A stretch of DNA of 63,926 nt, filler included, from Octopus bimaculoides (GCF_001194135.2; 6 parts of 6 records of this genome joined end to end with filler, not necessarily neighbours in it), one strand, 5' to 3'. Shown: positions 38,030 through 51,773, counted from the first letter of the whole stretch. Notes: generated from the letters alone by a model not told the origin. A program made the numbers and translations.

Positions 38030-38200
38030 CTTGTCATCACGTGACTGATCACTATTCGAATCGGCAACTTCTTCGAACCGTTCCCGCCAGAACGCAAACT
38101 GACCAATCACGGCCCCTAATAAGGCCACGTGATAGAGTAAAATTCTGAAGCCATCTGGGAGCCCTCTTAACGCTATAAATAGATCAACTCATACCCCACA
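38030..38200 (+). promoter_or_regulatory. Putative Pol II promoter: E-box, E2F-like, CCAAT, E-box, TATA
   Basis: ATCACGTGAC 38036-38045, TTCCCGCCA 38081-38089, GACCAATCA 38101-38109, GCCACGTGAT 38124-38133 and TATAAATAG 38174-38182, all in a CpG-rich unique island. No transcript evidence. Confidence 0.55.
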
Positions 38201-38373
38201 AATTTGTCTCGGTCCAGTTTCTCTTTGAGAACTGTTCCGTGTACCACACGACAACAGCAGCATTTCCAGCGACNNNNNNNNNNNNNNNNNNNNNNNNNNN
38301 NNNNNNNNNNNNNNNNNTTAATTAATTAANNNNNNNNNNNNNNNNNNNNNNNNNNNNNNNNNNNNNNNNNNNN

Positions 38374-38416
<43 letters not shown>

Positions 38417-38679
38417 CTTTACTATTATTGCGTGTTTTTGCATGTAGTGTATGTATGCATGTATGTATCTTTTCTCCGTCTGTCTGTTCGTCTTTGCTGC
38501 TGTTATTTTTGTCTTTAACCGAAACAATGATTTCGTGTGTCAAATTCGGCCTCGGGTTCAACCTCAGCTCCCATACCTCGTCCCGTGTACCCACCATCTT
38601 ACCCTCTCTTCCTCTCAACTTTCTCGTGACAATAATAAGGATTCTTACTGTTCTTGCCTGCGCTGTCTGTACGCATGCA

Positions 38680-38721
<42 letters not shown>

Positions 38722-38956
38722 CCCGCCTGTCTGTCTGAACATATACGCGCGCACACGCAATCATATGCACACACACACATACACACACACGCATACAAAC
38801 ATGCATACTAACACACCCAAACACACACATACATGCAGCTACACATACACCGTCCATTTTAAACAACACACTAAAGGTGCACATATAGATATATACATAT
38901 ACCAAACACACACACACACACACACACGCACACAGATATACACGCGCAACCCCCTC

Positions 38957-38991
<35 letters not shown>

Positions 38992-39723
38992 CTATATATA
39001 TATCAACATATTGACAAACACAGTGATACGCAAAAGCACCGAGACAATACACCACAACACACGCATACACNNNNNNNNNNNNNNNNNNNNNNNNNNNNNN
39101 NNNNNNNNNNNNNNNNNNNNNNNNNNNNNNNNNNNNNNNNNNNNNNNNNNNNNNNNNNNNNNNNNNNNNNNNNNNNNNNNNNNNNNNNNNNNNNNNNNNN
39201 NNNNNNNNNNNNNNNNNNNNNNNNNNNNNNNNNNNNNNNNNNNNNNNNNNNNNNNNNNNNNNNNNNNNNNNNNNNNNNNNNNNNNNNNNNNNNNNNNNNN
39301 NNNNNNNNNNNNNNNNNNNNNNNNNNNNNNNNNNNNNNNNNNNNNNNNNNNNNNNNNNNNNNNNNNNNNNNNNNNNNNNNNNNNNNNNNNNNNNNNNNNN
39401 NNNNNNNNNNNNNNNNNNNNNNNNNNNNNNNNNNNNNNNNNNNNNNNNNNNNNNNNNNNNNNNNNNNNNNNNNNNNNNNNNNNNNNNNNNNNNNNNNNNN
39501 NNNNNNNNNNNNNNNNNNNNNNNNNNNNNNNNNNNNNNNNNNNNNNNNNNNNNNNNNNNNNNNNNNNNNNNNNNNNNNNNNNNNNNNNNNNNNNNNNNNN
39601 NNNNNNNNNNNNNNNNNNNNNNNNNNNNNNNNNNNNNNNNNNNNNNNNNNNNNNNNNNNNNNNNNNNNNNNNNNNNNNNNNNNNNNNNNNNNNNNNNNNN
39701 NNNNNNNNNNNNNNNNNNNNNNN

Positions 39724-39807
<84 letters not shown>

Positions 39808-39892
39808 AGGAAAGAAAGAAAGAAGGAGATAACGGAGTAAGAGTAGGAGGAAAAGAGGGATAGAGATAGAGAGAGTTTGATGTTTTATTCAT

Positions 39893-39923
39893 GTCTGATG
39901 TCTATCATACGCTACTACTACTA

Positions 39924-39965
<42 letters not shown>

Positions 39966-40705
39966 TTATTGCTGCTGCAGTTGCCAATGCTGCCCACGAT
40001 GACGATGACGATGACGACGATGTTAACAACTTAATGACACCGCCATATTTGCTTTGCATGCTCGCTTGGTAACACCGCCATACCATCACGAACGAACTCC
40101 GCGACAAAACCCTACCACCAACACCACCACCAACACCACCGCCACCACTACCGCCATTACTGTCATTCTTACATTTCCAACATAACCACCGTTTACCACT
40201 ACCACCGATACTAGCATAACCAACAGAATCACCACCATTACCTCCACCACTACCATTCAACCACCATCATCGTCACCACTACTACTACTACTACTACCAT
40301 CACCACCATCACCATTACGACCAACTACCACCACTACTACTACAACCACTATTACCACTACTACTACTAGTGATATCACTACCACTTCTACAACCACCAC
40401 CATCACTACGACTACTACTACTGCTACAACTACTACCACTGCCTCCACAACTACTACTATTACTACCGTCACCACCTCTATCACTATCCCCAATACCACC
40501 ACTGCAACTGCATCGCTATGATCACCGTAACTACTACCGCTACTCCCAGGGTACCTCTACTAGCATCTCCACCACACACTTCATTACTGCATCATCTTCA
40601 TTCTCACCCCACCATCACCAACACTGCTACTTCTACCACAAGCCACCACCACCACCACCACCACCAGCAGCAGCAACAACAGCAACAACAACGACGACAA
40701 TAACA
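39893..40705. repeat. Compound trinucleotide microsatellite mosaic (CTA, CTG, GAC, CCA, CAA)
   Basis: Direct inspection; produces homopolymer pseudo-ORFs in all frames. Confidence 0.95.
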
Positions 40706-41444
40706 ACAGCATGGCTTATTCCATAAATAGTGTTAGAAATGGTCTCGCTGGTTTATGGGAAATCTTTTTTGTTTTTCTTCGTGTTGGAAGGCCACCATTG
40801 AAGTTAGCAATCTTGTGACAAAACTGCGATTCAGATACAAAATATTTTTAAAAAATTATTGTTAAACCTGTCATTTTATGAAAAATAAATTTTCAGTAAA
40901 AAAAAAAATCCCTAAGAAAATGTTAAGAATTGCAGAGGTCCCCAATAAGAACCCTTTCATACATACCACTAGTGTTACAGAAATTTCTCCGGATTTCTTT
41001 GTTTTAAACTCACCGGTCCAATTGAGACCGCATCTGGTTTTATGATATAAACTTCTTGTTCTTCAGTGATCAAAATTAAAACCTCTTAGAATTTCCTACT
41101 AATTTAAGCGCTAAACGCCAACATAAGAACAAAGTCATTTTACTGAAATCCTTCGTTATTTTACAAATTAATTGAAACAAGGACCGATTACCCATTCTGG
41201 TATGAGGATTTCTCTCAAACGCCGTACTTCTTTCAGAATACCCCAACAAGGGCCTTCTGACATCCACACGCGGCTTTAAGATCGTACGTTCCCCACTTCT
41301 GGTCAGTCGGTCTCAACTGATCTAAGGGCCAAATGACGGCAGCCATTTCAACCGAAGATTTTTTTTCTTTTTGACTGAAGTGACCAGAGTTCAATTCTGA
41401 CTCAATACAGTACATCCCCTACTGTAAATATCTACTCTGTGTTC

Positions 41445-41655
41445 AGCCACAGATCAACTCTGATTGAGCGGTTTCATGTCAAAAGGAATTCCAGCCATGA
41501 CCATCCCGTCTGTTTGCTGTATCTTGGTCTAGATTACCTAAAGATTTCTTTGGTTGTTTAAGACAGTAGCGCGTGATCCGACCGAAGTCCATCTGCTCTT
41601 TCAACGTGGTAGAGCGACCACATAAAGGTTGTTGATGTTGTCGTTGTTGTTTTTA

Positions 41656-41720
<65 letters not shown>

Positions 41721-42300
41721 GGTGGTGGTGACGGTGGTGATGATTATGAATATGATGATGATATTGATGGCGATGCTGATGATGATGATGATGAAGGTGA
41801 TGATGATGATGGTGATGGTGATGATGATTGTGACGCTGAAACAATCGGTTGTTTGGCTCAGTCACAACTCACTTAGCAGTCCCCGTGCTTTAATCGAAGA
41901 CGCTCCAACCGTGCCCATCCCATTCTATTCGTGTCTTCGTTTTTGGCATACCATTAACTACACTGTCTCTGTCCTTCTTTTATTCAACATACTAGCGTGT
42001 GACTCAACACGATTTGACTGCTGTTTCCTCTTCCACCAGACTGAGCGACCGCGTAGACGCTCCTTATTATTGCTGTTGTTGTTGTTGTTGTCGTCGTCGT
42101 TGGTTAGCTCCCCTCCACCCCCCACGAGATCATCCCCGACCGAACAGACATACGATGAAAAGTGTTCCAGTGGTGACCATCCCGTCTGTTTTCCTATGTG
42201 CAAGTTAACCCATAACAACATTAGCAAACGTGTTGTTCCTACTTTTAGACAACACAATGTGATTTCAAGGAGACTTGGTTGCTATTTCTAGCACCTGGCC
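41445..42300 (-). mobile_element. Three head-to-tail degenerate copies of SINE-like family F with trinucleotide tails
   Basis: ttccagccatgaccatcccgtc (about 41490), ctccaaccgtgcccatccc (about 41903) and ttccagtggtgaccatcccgtc (about 42165) recur, separated by (GAT)n and (GTT)n. Confidence 0.65.
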
Positions 42301-43306
42301 CCTTTCTTGATTCATAGGGGGTTCCGCTTCTTTCCATGTGTGACGTCTGTGTGTGTGTGTGTATCGGTGTTTGTATGTATGTGAGTGTGTGTGTGTTTGT
42401 GTCTTTGTGAGGATGTGTGAATGAGTATGTGTGTGTGTACAAATATGTGTATGTGTCTCTGTGTGTGTGTATGTATGTATGTGTGTGTGTGTGTGTGTGC
42501 GTTTGTATGTGTGTATGTGTGTGTGTGTTTGTGTGTTTGTGAGGATTTGTGAATGAGTATATGTGTGTGTACAAATATATGTATGTGTATGCGTATGTGT
42601 GCCTATATATTGTGTGTGCACATGTGCGTTTGTGTGTGAGTGTGTGTGTATGTGTGCGTGTGCGTGTGTGTGTGTGCGTGTGTGTGTGTGTGCGTGTGTG
42701 TGTGCGTGTGTGTGTGTGTGTGTGNNNNNNNNNNNNNNNNNNNNNNNNNNNNNNNNNNNNNNNNNNNNNNNNNNNNNNNNNNNNNNNNNNNNNNNNNNNN
42801 NNNNNNNNNNNNNNNNNNNNNNNNNNNNNNNNNNNNNNNNNNNNNNNNNNNNNNNNNNNNNNNNNNNNNNNNNNNNNNNNNNNNNNNNNNNNNNNNNNNN
42901 NNNNNNNNNNNNNNNNNNNNNNNNNNNNNNNNNNNNNNNNNNNNNNNNNNNNNNNNNNNNNNNNNNNNNNNNNNNNNNNNNNNNNNNNNNNNNNNNNNNN
43001 NNNNNNNNNNNNNNNNNNNNNNNNNNNNNNNNNNNNNNNNNNNNNNNNNNNNNNNNNNNNNNNNNNNNNNNNNNNNNNNNNNNNNNNNNNNNNNNNNNNN
43101 NNNNNNNNNNNNNNNNNNNNNNNNNNNNNNNNNNNNNNNNNNNNNNNNNNNNNNNNNNNNNNNNNNNNNNNNNNNNNNNNNNNNNNNNNNNNNNNNNNNN
43201 NNNNNNNNNNNNNNNNNNNNNNNNNNNNNNNNNNNNNNNNNNNNNNNNNNNNNNNNNNNNNNNNNNNNNNNNNNNNNNNNNNNNNNNNNNNNNNNNNNNN
43301 NNNNNT

Positions 43307-43562
43307 CTTCTTCTACTACTACTACTACTACTATTACTACTACTACTTCTTCAACTACTATTACTACTACTTCTTTTTCTTCTTCAACTACTACTACTTC
43401 TTCTACTACTACTACTATTACTACTATTACTACTATTTCTTCTTCTTCAACTACTACTTGTTCTTTTTTTCTTTTTCTACTTCTACTACTACTACTATTA
43501 CTACTACTACTACTACTACTTCTTCTTCAACTACTACTACTACTTCTTCTTCTTCTTCTTCA

Positions 43563-43615
<53 letters not shown>

Positions 43616-43751
43616 TACTTATTGTTATTCTTGTTGTTGCTGTTGTTGTTAATGTAGCTGATTGTTTAACACCCCACTTGTTCCTTGTCTTGTATTATCC
43701 CTATTTGTTTTGTGATCGGCCCTTGTGGCCAATAAAGAGAATTTATTTTTA

Positions 43752-43810
<59 letters not shown>

Positions 43811-43870
43811 GTTATTGTAGTTGTTGTTGTTATCATTTATTTTTCTTGTTATCATTGTTGCCGTTGCATA
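43307..43870. repeat. (CTA/CTT/TTA/GTT)n mosaic containing an isolated Tx1-like 3' terminus at about 43690-43742
   Basis: Microsatellites are seen directly. cggcccttgtggccaataaagag (43717-43739) matches the Tx1-like end at 52670-52700. Confidence 0.8.
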
Positions 43871-44139
43871 TAATACCCTTGCTTTCTTTATTAAAACTAA
43901 TAATTCTTTTGTTCTAAGACTCCCCTGGCTCTGTTACCTCGGCTTCTTTTGGTACCCCTGCCCCTGTTGTGGTTGTTCTTCTTGTTGTTGTTACTGCTGT
44001 ACTTATTGAAGTGTAACCCTTACAGCTTATAACATTTTATTAAACTCTCCTTTCATCTTGTTCTTATTTTCATTATCATTCTTATAACTAAAAGGAACAC
44101 TGCCCTAAAGGAGGACTTTTCCCAATTTCTGATATTGTC

Positions 44140-44211
<72 letters not shown>

Positions 44212-44689
44212 ATAAGGATTCCTTGAGAATCATGGCATAAGGCACATCAACGTATAAGACGCCACAAAGTGGCTAGGCACAAAAACACAAAGAGCTCACG
44301 GTAAAATAAGACAACATTGTTGATTATAAGTGCTGGTAGAATACCGCAGATAAGTGAGTACGAAATTCAACATATATATATATATATATATAAAATTCAA
44401 ATTACGATGAACGTAAACAAAGAAACGAAGTTTGCTTTTAGAAGCGTTGAGATGTCTTAGAAAGTTAAAGAAGTGATTTTAAATTCCCAAACGCAGGATA
44501 ATGCTAATAATATAGCCTGAACAGGATAAAGTATCCATATTTTGCAGAAAAAAGTGTAGGCGGCCAATATGTATGTATGTATGTATGTGTGTATGTATGT
44601 ATGTATGTGTGTATGTATGTATGTATGTATTGACTGTTTAACTCAGACACATTTTTTTTCCTCCAGCTCTTTTCGTCTGTTAGTCTATC

Positions 44690-44810
44690 ATTTATGTAAA
44701 AGAACGTAGGCTCGAAACGTTAAAAACTTCTTAACATTTTTTTTTCCTGAGCGTGAAACTAATACAGCCTGTAGGCTGTTCTTTCACCTTGTCTCTGATT
44801 TTTCATTTTA
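44690..44810 (+). mobile_element. Short hammerhead-like repeat (family H), copy 2
   Basis: gaacgtaggctcgaaacgttaaaaac...tcctgagcgtgaaactaatac. Confidence 0.65.
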
Positions 44811-44819
44811 TTTTCAGAC

Positions 44820-44925
<106 letters not shown>

Positions 44926-45741
44926 CACACACACACATACACCTCTAATTAACAGAGTGTGAGAGATATATGCATGAATATATTTGTATATATGTATATA
45001 TACGTATATATATGTATACATATGTATGTATATATATATATATAAAACATTGGGCTTAACCATGCGTGAGACTGTCATAGAGAGTAACGCAACACTCTGC
45101 TATTGTAAAACAAATTTTCGCTTTCTAAAGAAGAAGCAAAAAAAAGAAATCCCCCCCACCATCCTGCCACAAATAATGCTGCAAAAAAACATATGGTGGT
45201 AAGTTTGTAATGGTCAGATGTAGGGGGTATTAATGCTTTCTGAGTAATTATGATTAACATCGATTGCAACACCAATCACAATAACTATTGTAGCCGCAAA
45301 CCCTACGAACAACGCACAACGTACCATTTTATAGATGTTATCTGATGCACAACGTTACAAACTTACAATTCTAGCACCGACAACACAATACGTATACATA
45401 TATGCACAGATATATACACATATATACAGACAGGCATATACACACGCGTAAATAGTTAAAACAATATTTTTTCTAGAGTATTCGATAACCCTGCTACCAA
45501 CCACCATGTTACCCATATTTGAAAGCAAAGGCCGCAAAATTATCGATATTAAACAACATGAATAACAAACAGTATAATATCTATTTTATTTCAACATCGG
45601 TTTTTCAATAAAATATATTAGAAAAAGGAGGAAGAAAAGAAAAAACACGTCCATCATACAGATTTCTCTACTTGGAACAAAGTCATAAAACGTGAGGGAC
45701 GCAGGTTTCTCTCTGTCTGTCCGTCTGGCTGTGTCTGTCTG

Positions 45742-45776
<35 letters not shown>

Positions 45777-45948
45777 GTTTGGCACATGTGTGGGTGGGTG
45801 TGTTCGAAGTACTATTGATTTAATCGTCATCTGGTACTTATTTTATTTAACCACGATAAAAAAAAAAGATGAAAGGCAAAAATCGATAATCGCATCCTTT
45901 GAACTTGAGACTTACAGAGGGGCACAGGGATAGTCGTATAGTTAAGGA

Positions 45949-45984
<36 letters not shown>

Positions 45985-46599
45985 NNNNNNNNNNNNNNNN
46001 NNNNNNNNNNNNNNNNNNNNNNNNNNNNNNNNNNNNNNNNNNNNNNNNNNNNNNNNNNNNNNNNNNNNNNNNNNNNNNNNNNNNNNNNNNNNNNNNNNNN
46101 NNNNNNNNNNNNNNNNNNNNNNNNNNNNNNNNNNNNNNNNNNNNNNNNNNNNNNNNNNNNNNNNNNNNNNNNNNNNNNNNNNNNNNNNNNNNNNNNNNNN
46201 NNNNNNNNNNNNNNNNNNNNNNNNNNNNNNNNNNNNNNNNNNNNNNNNNNNNNNNNNNNNNNNNNNNNNNNNNNNNNNNNNNNNNNNNNNNNNNNNNNNN
46301 NNNNNNNNNNNNNNNNNNNNNNNNNNNNNNNNNNNNNNNNNNNNNNNNNNNNNNNNNNNNNNNNNNNNNNNNNNNNNNNNNNNNNNNNNNNNNNNNNNNN
46401 NNNNNNNNNNNNNNNNNNNNNNNNNNNNNNNNNNNNNNNNNNNNNNNNNNNNNNNNNNNNNNNNNNNNNNNNNNNNNNNNNNNNNNNNNNNNNNNNNNNN
46501 NNNNNNNNNNNNNNNNNNNNNNNNNTATATATATGATATTTACCACGTGAATTACGATGAAGAAATTATGAAATATATGGTATATAATGTTTGCGGTGC

Positions 46600-46668
46600 A
46601 GGGGTTCCTTGAGACATGTAATTTATTTTAAGGGTTACGCATGAGTAAAAAGGTTGAGAAACACTAGC
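46600..46668. mobile_element. hAT-like MITE terminal fragment
   Basis: ggggttccttgag...aaaaaggttgagaaacacta resembles common hAT MITE ends; no partner TIR found. Confidence 0.35.
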
Positions 46669-46702
46669 CTTTAGCAATGAGTATCAAAGATAAAATTAGC
46701 TA

Positions 46703-46803
46703 GAGTGGCTCAACCGGAGTGGCTCAACTGCGTGCTCAACTGCGTGCTCAACTGCGTGCTCAACTGCGTGCTCAACTGCGTGCTCAACCGGAGTGACTCA
46801 ACC
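46703..46803. repeat. Minisatellite: five perfect 12-mers TGCGTGCTCAAC flanked by 14-mer variants
   Basis: Units at 46729, 46741, 46753, 46765 and 46777; flanking cggagtggctcaac and cggagtgactcaac. Confidence 0.97.
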
Positions 46804-47360
46804 TTATTCTTTTATACGTAAATTTGATCTTTTGTACGTGCTGGGATAACTCTGGATATGTTTTAAGCTTATTAGTCCTTATCAGCGAAGCAAAGTCTTT
46901 TAATCGTGTATACTAAACCATAGCATGGCTGTGAAAATATACACCATATTTAATAGCTTAAAAGACATACTGGCATGTTAAATGCACCCCCCAGATTTTT
47001 ATAAAATACTTTTTGGGGGAAAATGTGCGTCTTCTATAGGAGTAGGTTTTTAGTGAAATATCAATATCGATCGATGATTAAGCAGTTTAGCATAGCTATT
47101 CAACGAAATCGAAGATACACTCGAAATCATTGCTATAATTATGCAATGTTATGAAGATCGATAAATTTAGGCGTCAGTATAGTAATAAAGCTATTTATAA
47201 GTGGGAGAAAGAGGAGAAAGGAACAGAGGGTTAGGGAAAAAACAAGCACAGGTTTAACTACATGATTGAGGGTAGGAAACCGGTAGTTCGAGAGAGAATA
47301 GTGTGGGTTTTCAAAGGAAGAAGAGCTCTAATTGGAATATGTGTGTGTATGCGTGTGTGC

Positions 47361-47392
<32 letters not shown>

Positions 47393-47466
47393 CTATGCGT
47401 ACATGAGCGCATATGGATGGGGTTAGATGTGTGCATTGTGTGAATGTATGATATATNNNNNNNNNN

Positions 47467-47516
<50 letters not shown>

Positions 47517-47687
47517 CCTTACCATTGCTCTCTTTATCTTTTTATATATTTATATATATATACACATAGACACACACACATATATATGCGTGTTAATGTT
47601 TGTGTAATATCTATCATGTAACTAATAATGTTCTGAAACAACTGTAAACGAATGGCAAAAACACTTATTCTCTCACTTTACTTCTCG

Positions 47688-47721
<34 letters not shown>

Positions 47722-47738
47722 CATATATATATGTACAT

Positions 47739-47775
<37 letters not shown>

Positions 47776-48752
47776 TATATATATACATGTATATATAGTA
47801 TAATACATATATGTATATTATATGTATATAAACTATAGTATAATATATATTTATAATATAGTATAACACCCCCCCCCCACACACACACACACATATATAT
47901 ATAATTATATGCGTATGTATACGTGTGTGTGTGTGTGTGTGTGCATGTGTAAGGGTTGTCAGTAAAGTGTGTGTATGTTAAGGGGTATTAAGTTGGTGGC
48001 ATTTGTAATATGTCTTTCTGTGTGCGTTTGTGATAGTGAGTGTGTGTTTGCATGTACGTGTATAAGTACGCATGTGTGACTTTGTGTGTGCATGTATGGC
48101 TCTCACACAAACACATACTCACATACACACACGATAGAACACTGAAGTCCACAAAAGTCTGTGAATGCGTAGACTTGAACTTCTGTGGGTGAGTTTTGAA
48201 CTTGCTTAGACCGACGATTTATTGGCACTGTAATTCTAGTAACCTCTTTTACACCCTGCACCAATTCCACTGCCCTAGATTAGTGAATAGGGAATTGTTA
48301 AATTCGAGGCGTTGACTGCACTAGGTCAAAATCTGCAGACAATGTAACCGGAACGAAGTATATAACGTAAACCCCATCTGCCAAACATAGATTGTTTCAC
48401 AATGGGAAAATGGGATGAGGGACGTTTGACAGCTTTTTTAAATTTCGTTTCTTATACTTGGTGTATATTATTTGCGGATAATAATGTCAAGGCCAGTCTA
48501 TATAGACACCCAATTCCATATGTGTGTGTGCGTGTGTGTATATACAACTATGCAACCATCTGTTTCAGTCTGTTTAGTAGTGTACAAACGTGCACACACA
48601 AAAATACATGCGAGTGTATGTGTATGTATATATGGGTGTGTGCATCTGTGTACGTGTGTATGTTTATATATATATAAATATATATATATATACACACACA
48701 TGCGTATGTTTGTATATATATATATATATATATGTGTGTGTGCGTGTGTGTG

Positions 48753-48801
<49 letters not shown>

Positions 48802-48899
48802 ATTTATGTATATACACACACACACACACATATGCATATTCATATAGTAATAGATGAATACGTACTTAGATATATACATGTTTAGCAATATATACTAAT

Positions 48900-48950
<51 letters not shown>

Positions 48951-49205
48951 CATATGGAGGAGATCGAGAGCCGAATTCCCTAACCACTAAGCCACGCACT
49001 TCATGTGCATATAATATATATATGAATAGAAAAATTCAGCTCTGTTTTACATATTGAGTCCTTTATTAGCTAATATATAAGTTGGTCATTATGCACACCA
49101 AAAATTATACAACAGGATACACAACTACACGTGCTCTTATACACACACGCATACACACATACATACACACACATGTACATGCATATATATAAATATGTAT
49201 GTATG

Positions 49206-49236
<31 letters not shown>

Positions 49237-50229
49237 NNNNNNNNNNNNNNNNNNNNNNNNNNNNNNNNNNNNNNNNNNNNNNNNNNNNNNNNNNNNNNNN
49301 NNNNNNNNNNNNNNNNNNNNNNNNNNNNNNNNNNNNNNNNNNNNNNNNNNNNNNNNNNNNNNNNNNNNNNNNNNNNNNNNNNNNNNNNNNNNNNNNNNNN
49401 NNNNNNNNNNNNNNNNNNNNNNNNNNNNNNNNNNNNNNNNNNNNNNNNNNNNNNNNNNNNNNNNNNNNNNNNNNNNNNNNNNNNNNNNNNNNNNNNNNNN
49501 NNNNNNNNNNNNNNNNNNNNNNNNNNNNNNNNNNNNNNNNNNNNNNNNNNNNNNNNNNNNNNNNNNNNNNNNNNNNNNNNNNNNNNNNNNNNNNNNNNNN
49601 NNNNNNNNNNNNNNNNNNNNNNNNNNNNNNNNNNNNNNNNNNNNNNNNNNNNNNNNNNNNNNNNNNNNNNNNNNNNNNNNNNNNNNNNNNNNNNNNNNNN
49701 NNNNNNNNNNNNNNNNNNNNNNNNNNNNNNNNNNNNNNNNNNNNNNNNNNNNNNNNNNNNNNNNNNNNNNNNNNNNNNNNNNNNNNNNNNNNNNNNNNNN
49801 NNNNNNNNNNNNNNNNNNNNNNNNNNNNNNNNNNNNNNNNNNNNNNNNNNNNNNNNNNNNNNNNNNNNNNNNNNNNNNNNNNNNNNNNNNNNNNNNNNNN
49901 NNNNNNNNNNNNNNNNNNNNNNNNNNNNNNNNNNNNNNNNNNNNNNNNNNNNNNNNNNNNNNNNNNNNNNNNNNNNNNNNNNNNNNNNNNNNNNNNNNNN
50001 NNNNNNNNNNNNNNNNNNNNNNNNNNNNNNNNNNNNNNNNNNNNNNNNNNNNNNNNNNNNNNNNNNNNNNNNNNNNNNNNNNNNNNNNNNNNNNNNNNNN
50101 NNNNNNNNNNNNNNNNNNNNNNNNNNNNNNNNNNNNNNNNNNNNNNNNNNNNNNNNNNNNNNNNNNNNNNNNNNNNNNNNNNNNNNNNNNNNNNNNNNNN
50201 NNNNNNNNNNNNAGAAAGGATTATTATTA

Positions 50230-50276
<47 letters not shown>

Positions 50277-50799
50277 GAGTGAGATAGCAGTGCATGCCAT
50301 CAAAAATGACACTGGGGTAAAATATACGAAGCCCAGTGTACCCATCATGACTACTCGACTGATAGGGGTACACCAAGCACATGCATCACAACCATATGTG
50401 CGTGACATGGTGATCTCATATCAAGATAAACAGCACATGATCTCGCAGGTGGGGCCCAGTTAGAATTTTCTTCAAGTCGAGTAGCCTATCCCGCTCAAAA
50501 GGTCCCTAAATAAGGTTTGTTTAAGGATGTTGAACGAAACACCCATGTTTCCAGAGGTGAATTATCCAAACTCCCAAAAATTCCTCTCCACAAATTGTTA
50601 TGATGCTCCCCAACTACTTCTGCTCGTGATCAGAGATGCACATATCGTCAGCCATCAAGAGACATGCCCAAATCGTTAAGGTCAAACAACTGACAAGCAA
50701 ATCTGTGGTATTAAGCAGAATATTTGCTGTAGCCCATTTTGCTGTAGGCCATCTTTTACATCAAGACAAAACAATGCGCATGTTAATACTTCCAGTCAG

Positions 50800-50802
<3 letters not shown>
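50277..50802 (-). mobile_element. ~525-bp non-coding element embedded between (TAA)n tracts
   Basis: Complex sequence bounded precisely by (ATT)n at 50221-50276 and 50803-50878. The minus strand ends ...ctatctcactc(aat)n. No tRNA head or long ORF. Confidence 0.6.
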
Positions 50803-50879
<77 letters not shown>

Positions 50880-50884
50880 ATACG

Positions 50885-51095
50885 AAGGTGAATTGGCAGA
50901 AACGTTTTAGCCTCTGGCAAAAATGCTTTGCTGCATTTCGTCTATCTTTACATTCTGGATTCAAATTCTGCTTAGGCCGACTTAGCTTTTCATTCTTTCA
51001 GGGTCGATAGAATATTGTACCAGTCAAGCTCTGGGGGGGTCGATCGTATCATCTAAATCCCTCCCTTCAAAACTACTGGCATTGTGCCTATATCA
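50885..51095 (+). mobile_element. SINE family B
   Basis: ggtgaattggcagaaacg...ggattcaaattctgcttaggccgacttagcttttcattctttcagggtcgatag...ctggcattgtgcct. Confidence 0.82.
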
Positions 51096-51424
51096 GATAG
51101 TGGTGTCGTCATCGTCGTTGTTGTTGTTGCTCTTCTTCTTCTTCTTCTTCTTTTTCTTCTTCCTGCTTCTTCTTCCTTCTCCTCCTGCTTCTTCTTCTTC
51201 TTTTTCTTCTTCTTCTTCTTCTTTTCTTCTTCTTCTCCTCCTTCTCCAACTCCTTCTCCTCTGGCTGAATCATTAGCGCATTGGACAAAATTCTCAGCGA
51301 CACACACACACACACACACATACGCATGCACACACACATACACATACACATGCACACACACACACACACATACACATGCACACACACACACATACACACA
51401 CACACACACACACATATATACATT

Positions 51425-51590
51425 ATAGGCTTCCTTACAGTTTTCGTCACCCAAATTCACTCACAAGTCAACGTCACTGGCTGGCCTGGGGCTACAGTAG
51501 AAGACACTTGTCCAAGAGACCGGTTAGACGAACTGAACCCGAGAACACGTGTTTGCAAAACGAGCTTCTTAGCAACACAGCCACGAACAT
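51425..51590 (-). mobile_element. SINE family DA 5' module (tRNA head plus CORE-like segment)
   Basis: ggggctacagtagaagacacttgtccaag...actgaacccgagaac...gcttcttagcaacacagccacg; preceded by a (CA)n tract. Confidence 0.8.
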
Positions 51591-51773
51591 TTTTTTTTTT
51601 TTTTGAGCAGGAATTTCATACATTGTTTTGTTTGTTTTTTTCGTTTTCTTCTCATCTCAATATGAAGGATAATTCAATCATAATTCTTCTTTAATGTATA
51701 ACCTTTTTCCATATTTGTAGAGAATAACCACATCCCAGCTTGTGCCTCCAGCTAAGAATTTCATATCAATACC

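Noticed and set aside
38103-38129. ER stress response element
   Set aside because: The CCAAT to CCACG spacing is 17 nt, not the required 9.
39893-40705. Mucin-like, poly-Q or poly-H protein ORFs
   Set aside because: Trinucleotide mosaic open in several frames on both strands, with no splice or codon evidence.
46703-46803. CRISPR-like regular repeats
   Set aside because: Contiguous units without spacers in a eukaryotic context, with no cas genes.
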